64,000 nt of DNA, from contig CP075494.1 of NCBI GenBank assembly GCA_021613535.1, positions 5,642,001 to 5,706,000 of the forward strand, written 5' to 3'. Position numbers and translations under genes: made by a program. Source of the DNA: Adineta vaga (Eukaryota; Animalia; Rotifera). The notes below the pieces were generated by a model, which saw nothing but the letters and a program-made list of their open reading frames with translations, was not told the origin of the DNA and did no database searches. Of the stretch, positions 51,479-64,000 are shown one piece after another; position 1 is the first letter of the stretch, and each line of letters opens with the position of its first letter.

Positions 51479-51900
51479 ATAACGATACTTTTCGATTTCG
51501 ATAGAACAAAAAAAAAGAATGAACGTCTTTTTTGTAAACATGTGTATTGTCAGTTATTGCAGAAGTACTTTTATTTTTATTAAACAAGTGATATTTGTAT
51601 CGAAGGTAGTATCTTATGAATTCATACAGCAAATCGAATGTCTTGTTTCATATTCGGAAAGAAAGATAGATTTGATATAGTACAAAAGTTTCAAATTTAT
51701 TATTCTGTAAGTAATAGCTACCTTTTGTCAAAATAGTTCCTTTTATTTTCTTTGTGTTGATTTAATATTCATATCTATATCTCACACATATGAAAAGAAT
51801 GTGAAGAGTAAACTGAAAATATCTTGTTTTATCTGTTGTTCTTTCGTTTATCAATTTATTCAACAACAGACTATTCAATGAGTTGCTTTATTTTGTATAC

Positions 51901-54820
51901 ATGACTTTGCCGCAACTACTACTGATTGTTTTTCTCTTGTTTACTCAAACTAAAAGTAACTACATCGAAAATTCCAATCATTCGTCAATAATTGTACCTC
52001 ATCATGTTCGTATACAACACTTCGATGTAGATACTCATGATGATATTGTTATCGATGTTCAAACACCACATTTTTCTTGGCGATTAGCTCATCTTTATGA
52101 TAAGAATGAAAACTTGATTAGAGATATCAAACAAATAGCTTATAATATCATTGTCACAGATATTGTTCATGATCGAATCGTTTGGAATAGTGGTTATGTA
52201 TCTTCATCATTATCTACACATATTCTCTATGCTGGTTTACCATTCACATCTGATACACGTTACATGATTCGTATTAAATATTATACTGTAGAATATCAAA
52301 GTCAATGGTATACCGCTTATTTTCGTACAAGTTTGTTTTCTCTCAATGATTGGTCAGGTTATTGGATTGGTAGTAATAATATCAATATGAATCAATTACG
52401 TACTGTAGCTATTTTAAAATCGACTCGAATTCAGTCTGCTACTTGTTATATTAGTGGCATTGGTTATTATCAGTTATATATTGAAGGAGAGTTAATTGAT
52501 AGAACACGACGATTAGATGTTGGATGGACTACTTATCAACAACGTACACTTTATACGTCATATGATTTAACTAAAATATTAAATGCTAGTAGTTCGATAA
52601 ATATTGGCATCGGTATCGTATTAGGACAAGGTTGGTACAATCGTCAACAATGGATTATTGGACCAGGTGCACGTCCTGATCTATCAGTACAGTACGGTTC
52701 ACCACGTGTTCTAATGCAATTGAATATTGTTTATACGGATGGTACAAATCAATCTATTGTTACAGATTCATCTTGGATAGGTCGGAGAAGGTGAACATCG
52801 TTCTGATTCTGTTTATATGGGTACAATAGTCGATTTTCGAGCAGCACGCTCGTGTTGGTCATGTGCTAATTTTACTGATCCTTTTTCATTGTGGATCAAT
52901 GCATCAGTTTTACCATCTCCAGTCAATTTTACTGCTGGTGGACAATTCACTCTTCAAATGATGGATCCCATTCGAATTGGACCTGATGCCTTACATATTG
53001 CTACATCGGGTCTTCGAGGAAATATTGATGGAGTGCATGGTGGCAGTCTAACTGATGGTGGTATACTGAAACCTATTTCACAAGATTCCGTCAATGGACA
53101 ACTATTTGATCTTGGTCAAAATTTTGCCGGTTGGTGTAAATTATCTTCGTTGAATGCTCCTAAATCAACCATTATTCAACTTCGTTATGGAGAATTGAGA
53201 TATTCATTGGGAGAAAATCAAATTCATTTTGCTGGATTATATTATGAAAACTTAGCTAATATAGCAGTAATGGATACGGTAATTTTGAATGGAACAGGAA
53301 ATGAAACATTTGAACCGATATTTACTTATCATGGATTTCGATATTTATTAGTCAATGGTTATGATAATATAAATAAAGACAATATTGAATGTTATAATGC
53401 ACATAGTGAAACGACATTGATCGGTAATTTTAGTAGTAGCAGTAATGTATTAAATCAAATTCAACATAATATTCTTTGGTCTCAATTGAGTAATTCAATG
53501 TCATTACCTACAGATTGTCCACAACGAAACGAGAGACGTGGATGGATGGGTGATGCAGGTCTTAGTATTGATGAAACATTGTTTAATTTTGATTATGTAA
53601 ATTTCTATTTGAATTTTCTTACAATGATAGCAGATAACCAATCACCTGATGGTGGTGTAAGTGATACCGTACCGTTTACAGTTGGTTTTAATCCTGCTGA
53701 TCCCAATTGGGGTACAGCCTATGTAGCAATTACATGGTTTCTTTATGAACATACAGGTGATATTACTATTCTTGAGAAATATTATAAAGGCATTCAAGCA
53801 TGGATTGATTGTTTAACTAATCAGCATCAACGAACTGGTTTAGCAAAAATGTATTTCTACTGGGGTGATTGGGCAACTGTACAAGGAACAGCAAATATTT
53901 CGTTAGTGTCGTCGTATGCTTATCTCCGTGATATAAATACATTTATCAATATGAGTCAAATTCTAAATCATACTGATAATGTTCAAAAATATTCACAATT
54001 ATATCAACAATTAGCTGATGAATTTCATCGTGTCTTTTATAATATTTCTTTAGGTGCCTATGTTGATGGAAGTCAAGCAATGAATATATTACCACTTGCT
54101 TTACCACATGTTGTACCCACATCAGTACGTAGCACTGTTCTTAATTCATTGATAAATAATCTTGTCACAACTGGTCATTTTACTGGAGGTATTGTTAGCG
54201 TGGCTCCTCTCTATCCACTACTATCTGACGAAGGACACCATGATCTAGCATTGAAACTTGCGCAATCGACTTCATATCCATCATATGGATATATGTTTCA
54301 TAATGATATTCAAAATGCTACGACTACATGGGAACTTTGGAATACATTACCTCAAGGAGCAACAGCTTCATTAAATCATCATATGTTCAATAGTATTGGT
54401 GCATGGTTTTATCGATATCTAGCAGGAATTAACTTGAATGCTCTGCAAACGATTTCCATCTATCCTCGAATGTCTTATGATGCTGATTTGTTATCTTATG
54501 TCAAAGCAGAAGTTATAACAATCAAAGGATCAGTTCAAATTGAATGGTCAAGATTATCTAGAAATATAGTATCATTATCGATAGCAATACCAACTAATAT
54601 GGATGCGATTTTATCATTCGATCCATTAATAGAAAATGGTCGATGTATGAAACTGATATGCGATAGTAACATAGTTTGGATGCGAGAAAAGAAGAATGTT
54701 GAATTGAAATTCTTAAAAGAAGTGAAAGGAATAAGTGGTTTACAGGAGAATGAACTACGTCATGTAATGTCATTAAGAGTAGCATCTGGTGAATATACAT
54801 TTATTGCTTATTGGGAATAA
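51901..54820 (+). pseudogene. GH78 alpha-L-rhamnosidase, secreted, intronless, interrupted by a single +1 frameshift at about 52783-52786 (pseudogene or assembly error)
   Basis: Signal peptide; GIGYYQLYI.G..I....LDVGWT.Y; FDLGQNFAGW; FTYHGFRY; PTDCPQRNERRGWMGD; ATTTWELWN; SLNHHMF. Removing one base from GGT CGG A GAA fuses the two ORFs (WIGREGEHRSDSVYMG). Confidence 0.8.
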
Positions 54821-55163
54821 ATATTTTTTTACTATTTCTGATGAGTAGAGAAAAAATGGATAACTTTCCTTCACGTCGAGCGAGTGTTATCTACAAATAG
54901 TTTTGTTCTGTAAAAACATCAAAGAAAATGATCAAGGTATCAGGTCAAATTTTATTAGTTGACGAAAGGTGTAAACACTTAACAATACTCACTATTCAAT
55001 ACATATTTGATAATTGATACCTTGAAGGAATGATGGTATAAATAATGTTTGACACATATATATATATATGACTGAAATTAACTATAAATTTCGAAGTGAT
55101 AATATTCAAAGGTGTTGATTAAGAATTTAATTAGATGCAGATTGATGCACTATCGTTGTTTCT

Positions 55164-57981
55164 ATGAAAGAGCCAGACTCAATCAATCATGCAAAATACT
55201 GCTCAAGGCAAGAAATCAAACTGCTTTGAATATAATATACCTTTCCATGGACGAACACTTGTCACCGACGCGATGATAGACATTTCTACTCTTTACTTTC
55301 ATCTCTCTTTTTCAGATACTATAATACAATACGAGCGTCAAGAGTAATATCAAACGAGCTCGTTCATATGCAGCAATTCAACAGGTATATATTAAACATA
55401 AAATTCATAGTTCAACGATTGATATTTTTGTATTTGTTATAGTCGTACCATATGGCTTAGTATCTGCCTATTGAGTGCAATACTTACAGCTATAGCAGCT
55501 ATCATCATTTTATCTCTCATTCCAATATATTTACCTTATCATAATCTGTACAGTTATGATGACGCTGATATCGGTAGGACTAATTCACTTGTTTCAGTAT
55601 TTTTCATAACATATATTTTCTTGCAATTGTAGTACCATCACCAAACTTAATGTTTTCATTCGCAAGTGATATTTCACCGAATGATGCGTCCCTGTTCAAT
55701 CATTCCACAATAATGAACACTAATGAGATTTCAAGACAGGTTTTTCGTATTCACTTCTTTTTACTCAATATACTATATATATATATGTATATTGAATATA
55801 TTCTAGCTTGAATCCATATTTCAATTGAAAACCGAATCTCTGAGCGTCTCCGCCATTGAACCTGTAGATTTCTCATCAGACGATAAGAATCGTAAACGTC
55901 GAGCGTAAGTTCATACGGTGTATTAGTATGTATCTAATCTATAAGTACTCTTCAAACATTTGATAGAGTTAATTCTGCTTCAACAATCGGCAATAGTATT
56001 GATCTTATTATACGAGTAACAATCAATTATCTTTTTTGTGGTCGAAGTCATCATTGTAAAATTAAATTACACGACAGAATTATTCAAATGATTAATACTT
56101 CTCGACGTAAAACATTTCCTATCACTTTATTGTTCAATAATAATGTTCAACTACTAATTTCTGTTGCATCATGTATGGCTCAATCTTTAACATCGACAGG
56201 TATCAAATAATCTATCTTTTTCTTAAATAATAACTCATTATTTTCATTTTGTGTTACATAGGACCGTCGCAATATACTAGATTGAGAGGAAAATCATGCA
56301 TTAATTCAGATTTAGAGATATGTACAACTGATAAACTACCAGATCTTTATGATGCTAGTATCGAAGAATTGCAGAAAGGTCTTGGCATGGGATATTTTAC
56401 ATCTGTTGACTTAGTCCAAGCCTATCTTGCACGCATTGATGAAATCAATTTGAAAGGACCAGCATTACGAGCAGTAATCGAAATATCACCTGTTGCATTA
56501 GAAGCAGCTCATACAGCAGATGTCTTACGTGCAAAAGGTACAATTCTTTCATCATTACATGGCATACCAATCCTGTTAAAAGATAATATTGCTACTCGTG
56601 CAGAAGATGGAATGAATACGACTGCAGGATCTTTTGCACTTCTTGGTAGTATTCCTCCGGATGATGCAACAGTTGCAAAAAAGCTACGTAATGCTGGTGC
56701 CATTCTTCTTGGTAAGACATCGCTTAGTGAGTGGGCAAATTTCCGTGGTATCAACATAACAAATGGATGGTCAGCTCGTGGTGGACAAGCAACGAGTGCA
56801 TTTTATCCACTAGGAGATGCTTGTGGATCTTCTACTGGAAGTGGTATAGCTGCTTCGATTGGACTCGCTGCGGGTACATTAGGAACAGAAACTGATGGTA
56901 GTATTGTATGTCCAAGTAATCGAAATAATCTCGTTGGAATCAAACCAACAGTCGGTTTAACTTCTCGAAATCTTGTGATTCCAATATCACACAATCAGGA
57001 TACAATTGGTCCTATGTGCCGATCTGTTGCAGATGCTGCTGCTATTCTAAATATTATTGCTGGTCGTGACACGAACGACAATGCCACATTGTCTCAAAAT
57101 GAAACTGTTTCTAATTATACTCGACATTTAATCAAAGATGGTTTGAAAGGAGCACGAATTGGAGTACTTCGTCGAGTTTTTGCCAATGCTACCTATGGCG
57201 AATATCCAGAGCACATTATATCAGTATTTAATAAAACGATTGAAGATACTTTCAAGAAACTTGGCGCAATCATATTTGATCCAGCTGATTTGGCATATGC
57301 TGAAAAGCTTGCTTCTGGTGATGCTGAATTTCTAATCTTAACATTTGATTTAAAAGTTGATCTTGAACGTTATTTATCTCGATTGATCAACAATAACACA
57401 GTACCAAGAACATTACAAGATCTAATCGATTATAATAATAGAAATCAAAATATAGAATTACCACCTGGACGTAGCAATCAACTTTTGTAAGTTTTATATA
57501 ACCATTCAGATAATAATATTCCACTATGTACCATAGGTTTCTTGCTTCACAAAATACTACTAATCTTCAAGATCTAAACTATACTGCTGCTATAGCAGAT
57601 AATATTGATTTTGTTAAAAACCGTGGAATCGATGCACTTTTTGATCAATATAAGCTCGATGCTCTCATTGCTCCAACTGAAGGCTACACTAGTCGACCTC
57701 CTGCTATCACAGGTTATCCTATCATTACTGTTCCACTTGGATTCCTTCCCGATACTACTGAAGTGAAGACCAATGCAAATACAACTTTATTCCAATTACC
57801 AATATGGCCAGCACCTAACTTTCCATTCGGATTATCGTTTATTGGACGAGCTTACAGTGAATCAAAATTAATCGAATTGGCCTATAGTTATGAACAAGCT
57901 ACACAAAATTATAAAAACGGCAAACCTTTTCAAGCTGCTCTACCCAAGACACAGATTTCAGATATTCTCTGTCGAAAATAG
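55164..57981 (+). CDS. Amidase-signature (AS) family amidase fused to an N-terminal type II membrane anchor and stalk, 7-8 exons
   Basis: Catalytic motifs LHGIPILLKDNI, GSSTGSG and GTETDGSIVCPS. Upstream exons 55443-55573, 55633-55739, 55807-55904 and 55967-56199 splice in frame to 56262; last intron 57487-57536. Start is 55164 (GC-AG intron) or 55368. Confidence 0.8.
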
Positions 57982-58397
57982 AATTACTATTCATTCTCTC
58001 AATATAGATTATTTATCAAATACAACGACTTATTTGAAGTACAATTATTTTGAAGACAATGTTTATTAAATTTCTCAATCATTCTCTTTTTTTTTTATCA
58101 ACTCCGAGCAAATGAATATCAATGGTAGTTCATTAATTTCTTCGAATCATTGTATTTCAAAATTGATCGATTTAATTTTGATTAGTTTCTAGGAAATATT
58201 TGCGTAAGGCAAGGACCTCTTTTTGTCTTTGGATTTTTATACACCAATTAAATATTATGTTGCAAAACTTGTATAAAATAATATGTGAAATGACGTGTCA
58301 TTTCTGTTCTGTTGTGAAACTATATAGTTAGTGATGTAATTGTACCATCATCATGAAATATAAATAATTGTATGTAAGCCAGTACTGCTTGTCTAAA

Positions 58398-59459
58398 ATG
58401 AAAAATACTACTCCAAATCAATTTGAATCTCTAAGTAATGAATTATTGCTGGAAATATTTGAATATCTTGATGCATATAATCTCTACCAATGTTTTCATG
58501 GATTAAATCAACGTATTAATACACTTCTTCGACACGTTAACTTGAGTGTACTTATCCAATCGCAAAATCAGCACCAAACTATTTTGAATGAAGTTCTATC
58601 ATTCTTCAATCCATCTCAAATTCGCATATTATCTGCTAATACTCCTACGACTAGCATTATCAAACAGTTTGTATCGTTGACTGATCGAAATCTTCACTCA
58701 CTACATATGAGCCAGCAAAATGGAGTAACAGTACATGAAATAGTTCAATGTCTTTCAAAAAATAATGATCTCAAAGATTTACGCATCGATGAAATTTATA
58801 CTTTTTCATCGACACCCATTCCATCGACAATTAATACGTTATTTATTGACCATGCTAGTCGATTCCAATCATTGAACACTCTTAGTCTATGCTTAGCAGC
58901 TTATAAGGAATTTCCTCAAATTGAAGCTGTTTTTCCACAACTTCGTCGTTTAGCAATCAATAGATGTTATTGGTCAGAAGATTTTGTTAAGTTTCTACAT
59001 CATTCAACGCCTAATCTTCGATCACTTCAAGTTAGTTTCTATTCAAACTATAATTATGCGCCACCCAAAATATTTCTCGAACAAATTCGAGAATTAGATA
59101 TCAATTGTTCGTCAGCTTCGATTCATAACGAAGCCTTCCTAATAAATTTTCCCGCGTTACATCGACTCAGAGTAATTTGCAGTACTTCGGATCCACGTTC
59201 GGTCTGCAATGGTGAACAATGGGCAAAACTAATTGAAAAATATGTACCACATTTGAAACAATTAACACTTGATTATGACCTAGGAGCTGATTCCGAACTT
59301 GTCGAGTCATTCACTGTTGGTGATTTTTGGTCGACTAAAAAAATTAATGTAATTAAAATAATGAGTAAAATATCCTTCCGATGTCCACTCGTAAAATCAA
59401 TTTATTTTGGATCAAAATGGCATTTTAAATATTCTTCCGCTCCCGATGAATCGTCCTAA
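58398..59459 (+). CDS. F-box / LRR-like protein
   Basis: N-terminal FESLSNELLLEIFEYL...LYQCFHGLNQRIN F-box-like motif followed by LRR-like PxLxxL repeats; intronless. Confidence 0.8.
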   Translation: MKNTTPNQFESLSNELLLEIFEYLDAYNLYQCFHGLNQRINTLLRHVNLSVLIQSQNQHQTILNEVLSFFNPSQIRILSANTPTTSIIKQFVSLTDRNLHSLHMSQQNGVTVHEIVQCLSKNNDLKDLRIDEIYTFSSTPIPSTINTLFIDHASRFQSLNTLSLCLAAYKEFPQIEAVFPQLRRLAINRCYWSEDFVKFLHHSTPNLRSLQVSFYSNYNYAPPKIFLEQIRELDINCSSASIHNEAFLINFPALHRLRVICSTSDPRSVCNGEQWAKLIEKYVPHLKQLTLDYDLGADSELVESFTVGDFWSTKKINVIKIMSKISFRCPLVKSIYFGSKWHFKYSSAPDESS

Positions 59460-59623
59460 AAATTTACAAAAGAATAGTTTGAAAAACTCCTCTTCAAAAC
59501 TGTTTTCCTCATTATTATTTAATAAAAGATTTCGAATACATATGTACTTCATTTTAATTAAGAATCAATGTAAATGTTTGCATCACGATATCTATATTCT
59601 TTTTTACGATCTCATAAGTAAAT

Positions 59624-60449
59624 TTATTGCATACGATTAATTCCATCAAGTTCTGATTTTATCTCGGATTTCTTTCTATAATCAACACACCATTGAAAAT
59701 GTATTTTCAATTGTTCTGTTAAAAGTTTTAAATTTAATTGTTGTCCATGACGAAAAAATGGAAATTCTGGTAATTTTTGAAAGATGATTGTTGCTAGGAC
59801 AATTATTTCAAAAGCTGTTACACCCCAAATATGATATTTATCAATATCAAAATGATGTGTAACAAAATGATCACCAACTTCAAACATTTTATAATTATTT
59901 TTCCTATAGAGAAACGGTTCTAAGTCAAGATAAAATGCATCAGCAACTTCATCAATAGCTAAATGAAATTTCATAAATTTTTGTGAATGGAGTAAAGCAA
60001 CAACGGGTGTAATCATTACTGCACGAGAATCGGTAATCGGTGGTAAACAACCAAGTATTGAATAAGAAGTGGATTTCAAACCAATTTCTTCTTCAGTTTC
60101 ACGTTCAGCTGTATGAATGGCATCACGATCAGTTAAATCTTGTATGCCACCAGGGAATACTATAGAATAAACGAACATAGATAGAGAAATGAGCATTATT
60201 TCTCTTACCAATCATGCCAGCATGTGATCGAACTTTATCGGAACGTTTTAGAAGTAAAATTTCTACTCGATTTGTTATTTCATTGCAATAAATAGGTAAA
60301 AGTATTGATGCTTTTCTATTCGATTTTATTCTTGGTAAGCTTTGTGATAATTCATCAATATAATTCTTTTTTTCAAGATAAATTTTCAAACGTTTACGAA
60401 CAAGATCATTTGATAATGATGAAATTGATCTGTGAAAAATTTTCCACAT
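59624..60449 (-). CDS. Nudix CoA pyrophosphatase (NUDT7/NUDT8-like), 2 exons
   Basis: ASILLP...LLLKRSDKVRSHAGMIVFPGG...AERETEEEIGL (CoA motif plus Nudix box) and IWGVTA; intron 60160-60208. Confidence 0.88.
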
Positions 60450-60548
60450 AAATCTGGAAGAAAAAGATATCTATCTCCTTTCTCTAATGTGTTTGATTTT
60501 ATTTTTTCAAATTAATCGAATAACAAGAACAAATAAACAAGTCTTTGT

Positions 60549-60861
60549 TTAATTTTCTTCCATTTTTTCGTGTGGTGGTCCACATGGTTGAATCATTTTC
60601 TTCAATAATTGAAATCTAACACGTGCTTTGCTTTCATTTTCACATAAAGCTATATGACTTAACATATCAAAATGACCTATATAAGAAGCATAGGTATCCC
60701 GATGAATATTTGTTGCCCATTCCCATTTCGCTGTATCTCCATGACCCGTACCTAAACAAATCCAATCAATTTTTTTGAATTCAAAACCTACAATGAAACT
60801 TACCAACATATTTGGATTGTAAATGTTCAAGTTGACTATGAATATTATATCGATCACCCAT
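60549..60861 (-). CDS. SF3B5: Splicing factor 3B subunit 5 (SF3b10), 2 exons
   Basis: MGDRYNIHSQLEHLQSKYV|GTGHGDTAKWEWATNIHRDTYASYIGH...MIQPCGPP; intron 60752-60803. Confidence 0.95.
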
Positions 60862-61144
60862 TGTTGAAACCAATGAATGAATGAATGAATATATTTTTTG
60901 AAAGAATTATTGTTCCTCGTTATTGATTGGTCGATAGAAATAACCAATGAAAAACAAACATATCAATCCTCAACAAATAAAAACTTCTTTTCTCTTTTCA
61001 TAAATGATTCAGCAAGATTAAAAAAAAGCAGACGGAAAATTATTCATATCTTCTTTCCCATTCTCGTCAACATCTGTCAAAATTGCGCAATGATAAATCT
61101 CTTGTTTTTTCTAGATTTTATTTATTTATTTTTCTCAAATAATA
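60862..61144. promoter_or_regulatory. Short bidirectional promoter region between SF3B5 and the FAM193-like gene
   Basis: Head-to-head start codons about 280 bp apart; contains the palindrome ATTGCGCAAT at 61082-61091. Confidence 0.55.
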
Positions 61145-64000
61145 ATGAGTTTCGTAGATCAACACAAGCCACAAGTATTTCTATTATAATTATTTTATAT
61201 TTTTAATAGCATTTCTATTCTTCATCTAGATTCTATCTTGTTTAAATTGTCAATCAATCAATGATGAGAATAATAATTTTTCCAACTCGATTTGTACAAA
61301 GTGTGAAGATAGAAACGATAAAGTCAGGAAATTTGTTCCTATTCATTAGAATATTTGTTAAATCTGTTGTTGTTGTTTTCTTTCATATAGGAAAGTCAAC
61401 GAATGATGATCGTACCAGATATAAGTTCGGATGATGAATCTGGTTGTTCATCATGTTCATCATCAGTCAATGATTCTGAATTCATCTCATTAGATACAAG
61501 AAAACTATGGCATGAAATTGTTCATTTAATTAAATGTATCTATCGTGAAACAAATTTAGAATTTACAGGTTTAATATTTTGATCATATTTCTTATTTCTC
61601 TCTCTCTGTCTCTTTAGAAAATCATTCGACAGATGAACTATGTAAAGCAAAAGAATATGTACAGATGTAATAAAGACGAACTAAATTGAATTGTTGCTAT
61701 GAAATTGATTTGTTCAATTTAGATTAACTCAATTTGATTCTGAATCTTTATTTAATAAAATCGAATCAATTATCTTAGAATACGTCATTGAAATTCGACA
61801 TCAAGTTTTAAAACGTTCTCAAACATGTTTACAAACTTCCAATGATGTGCAATTATTGATTTCATATCTTCTCGATGAATATCAAACATTTATTCAAGCA
61901 GTTAAAAATGTTTCAACAATTTTAACCTATTTTGTTCGTATTTTAAATTCTTTTTTTCTTTTCAAAAGATTAAGTTCTTTGTTTTGTTTGTTTTCTTCAG
62001 GAAGAAAATTATTTAAAATCATTTCATTTAACTTGGTTGTTATACAATCAACATTTATATGAAAAATTAGTTTATATGGATAAAAATATTCAACAATCTA
62101 TGTCAACAATGATTGATTTACTTCATCCAACAAATGATCATCAAGAAGATTATTCTCCAGCTGAATATACACAATTAATTAATCGTTTTCTTGAATTCGA
62201 TGAACAAATGTCTGAAATAGCATGTGTTTATAAAGATTGTCAAATGAAAATGAATTCAATGACAAGAAATGCATTGAACTCAAATCAAAATACAATTGGA
62301 TTGGTTGTTGCAACGAGTAAGAAGAAAAGTCGTAAGAAAACCAAGAAGATACATGAAGAAAATGATGGCAATATGAACAGGTTCGTTTACGTTTTGAGAC
62401 TATTCAAATTTTTCAATCGAGTTTGTTTTAGTACGATCACTAGTGCCCTAAACATTCCATTAGCGAATATATTATCAGAAACAATAGATCCATCACAACA
62501 TGGTTCAAATGGTTCATCGATTGGTTCTGGTGTTGGTGGAAAAGAATCGTCATCGATCTCATCATTTGATGATTATCTTCTAGATAATAATACATCATCA
62601 TCAAGTTTTACAAAAGAAGAAACAGATCAATTAATTGAAAATAATAATACGGATCTTCATAATCAATTATTTCATGGACTATTAAATAATCATTCACCAA
62701 TGACACAAATTCAACAAGAAATTGATGAATTAAAATTACATGAAACTACTATTCCAATCACGGCGAATATCAATGAAGAGAAATCAAAAACAATAGAAAA
62801 TCAAATACCATTGATTGATGATAAACAAATATCGAGTGGTTAGATTAGAAAAATTAAAAGGTTTCTTTTCGATTGAATCTCTGTTTTAGTATCTTCAACG
62901 AAAAAATCAAAATCACATCGCCGAAAAGAAAGTTCAAATTCAACTACAAAAGTTTCTTCCTCAACTTTGCCTAAGACATCTCTTACTCCAGATATAATTC
63001 TTCCTCCAAAACCTCCTTCATCAACAACATCCAAGCTTCAAGCCGATCTTCGTTCATTAACTATTCCTTCGTTAAGTAAAACAGAGATTCCAACATGTCC
63101 ATCTCTTTTATCAGCAAAAATGCAATCAGTTTCATTCACAGCTGGTACATTTGCGTCGATAACAACAGATGAATCTTCTTCTTTATCATCAACAAATCAA
63201 ACACGTTTAAATCTAAATCTATCACATAAATCTGGTTCATTAACAACTAAACATGAACAACTTCTTCGTCAGTGTGCCTCACCCAATGATATTAGTACTC
63301 TATTATCTTCATTGAAATCATCGAAATTTAATCAAGATCCTCGGAAATCTTCCTTTGATGAGAAAAATTGTGAATTTTGTTGTTGTGATTTATTTCCTGA
63401 TTCAAATTCTTCAATGGCAGGTAGTTGTATTGCATGTATGTCTGTATCATCGAATAGCACATCTATCTCTGGATTCAATCAACGTGATTGTGAAACAAAA
63501 GGAAGACTACAATTGAAAATGAAACAACGTACTGTACAAAATACAAGTGAACAAACAAAACTATCGATAGGAAATAAATCGAAAAGTAAACCATGTGATA
63601 ATAATATAGATGATTTAGTTCGATTTATTGATGGCGATGAAAAAATTACAGATGGATCAACGACAAAAAAGAATAAGAAAAAGAAGGATAAACAATCAAA
63701 ATCAAATTCAATTAATGAAGATATACAACAGAAGAAATTAGATAAAACAATAGTAAACGATCCGATTGTCGAGACTTCTCAACCTTTATCAAAACGTCAA
63801 CAAAAAGCAAAATTAAAACTTGAAAAACAACAAACAATTATTAAAGAATCTGCTACGAATCCATCTCCTTTGCCATCACCACCATCATCACCACCATCAT
63901 CACCACCACCTTCTCTTCTTCCTGAAAAGATCGATTCTCATTCAATAACAACTGAATCTTTACCTGAAGCTTTCCAACATCCATCAGAGGAAGAAATAAA
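61145..64000 (+). CDS. FAM193A: FAM193-like protein, multi-exon, runs off the window end
   Basis: Spliced N-terminus MSFVDQHKPQILSCLNC...CTKCEDR, RKLWHEIVHLIKCIYRE, CEFCCCDLF, RLQLKMKQR and IDDLVRFIDG resemble recalled FAM193 blocks. Confidence 0.65.

Noticed and set aside
56509-56994. Antisense ORFs within the amidase (similar shadow ORFs occur in GBF1, the receptors and GH78)
   Set aside because: Shadow frames of real coding sequence.
63873-63911. Tandem CCATCATCACCA-type repeat
   Set aside because: It encodes a Pro/Ser low-complexity tract (PSPPSSPPSSPPPP) of the FAM193-like protein; not an independent element.
1-64000. CRISPR arrays, tRNA/rRNA genes, transposase or reverse-transcriptase ORFs, bacterial operon
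   Set aside because: None recognised by eye; the DNA is intron-containing eukaryotic sequence. Small non-autonomous elements cannot be excluded without a repeat library.

Overview
AT-rich eukaryotic (animal) genomic DNA, gene-dense, with many short (about 50-70 nt) GT-AG introns. The mix of metazoan genes, lineage-expanded families (F-box/LRR, divergent nuclear receptors, orphan GPCR) and several bacterial/fungal-type genes is most consistent with a bdelloid rotifer (inference). Metazoan-type genes: importin-5 (truncated by the window), a Cys-less pentameric ligand-gated channel, OSER1-like, BCL7-like, SAPCD2-like, a class A GPCR, two tandem NR1-type nuclear receptors, a C/EBP-type bZIP, two degenerate synaptotagmin-like genes, GBF1, an F-box protein, a Nudix CoA pyrophosphatase, SF3B5 and FAM193-like (truncated). 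Putative horizontally acquired genes: DUF1275/YoaK, VanX/DdpX D-Ala-D-Ala dipeptidase, a membrane-anchored ATP-grasp protein, a bacterial-family membrane protein, a VOC glyoxalase, a frameshifted GH78 alpha-L-rhamnosidase and an amidase. Main features not visible in the ORF track: (1) a miR-87 hairpin at 29648-29731 inside a 5.7-kb region without credible coding genes; (2) five or six upstream exons that splice a type II membrane anchor and an RKRR furin site onto the foreign-type amidase; (3) a spliced 5' leader with ATF4-like uORFs on the C/EBP gene, starting about 90 bp downstream of the VanX stop. All family calls come from motif recognition by eye and all splice models are predictions; no database searches were run.
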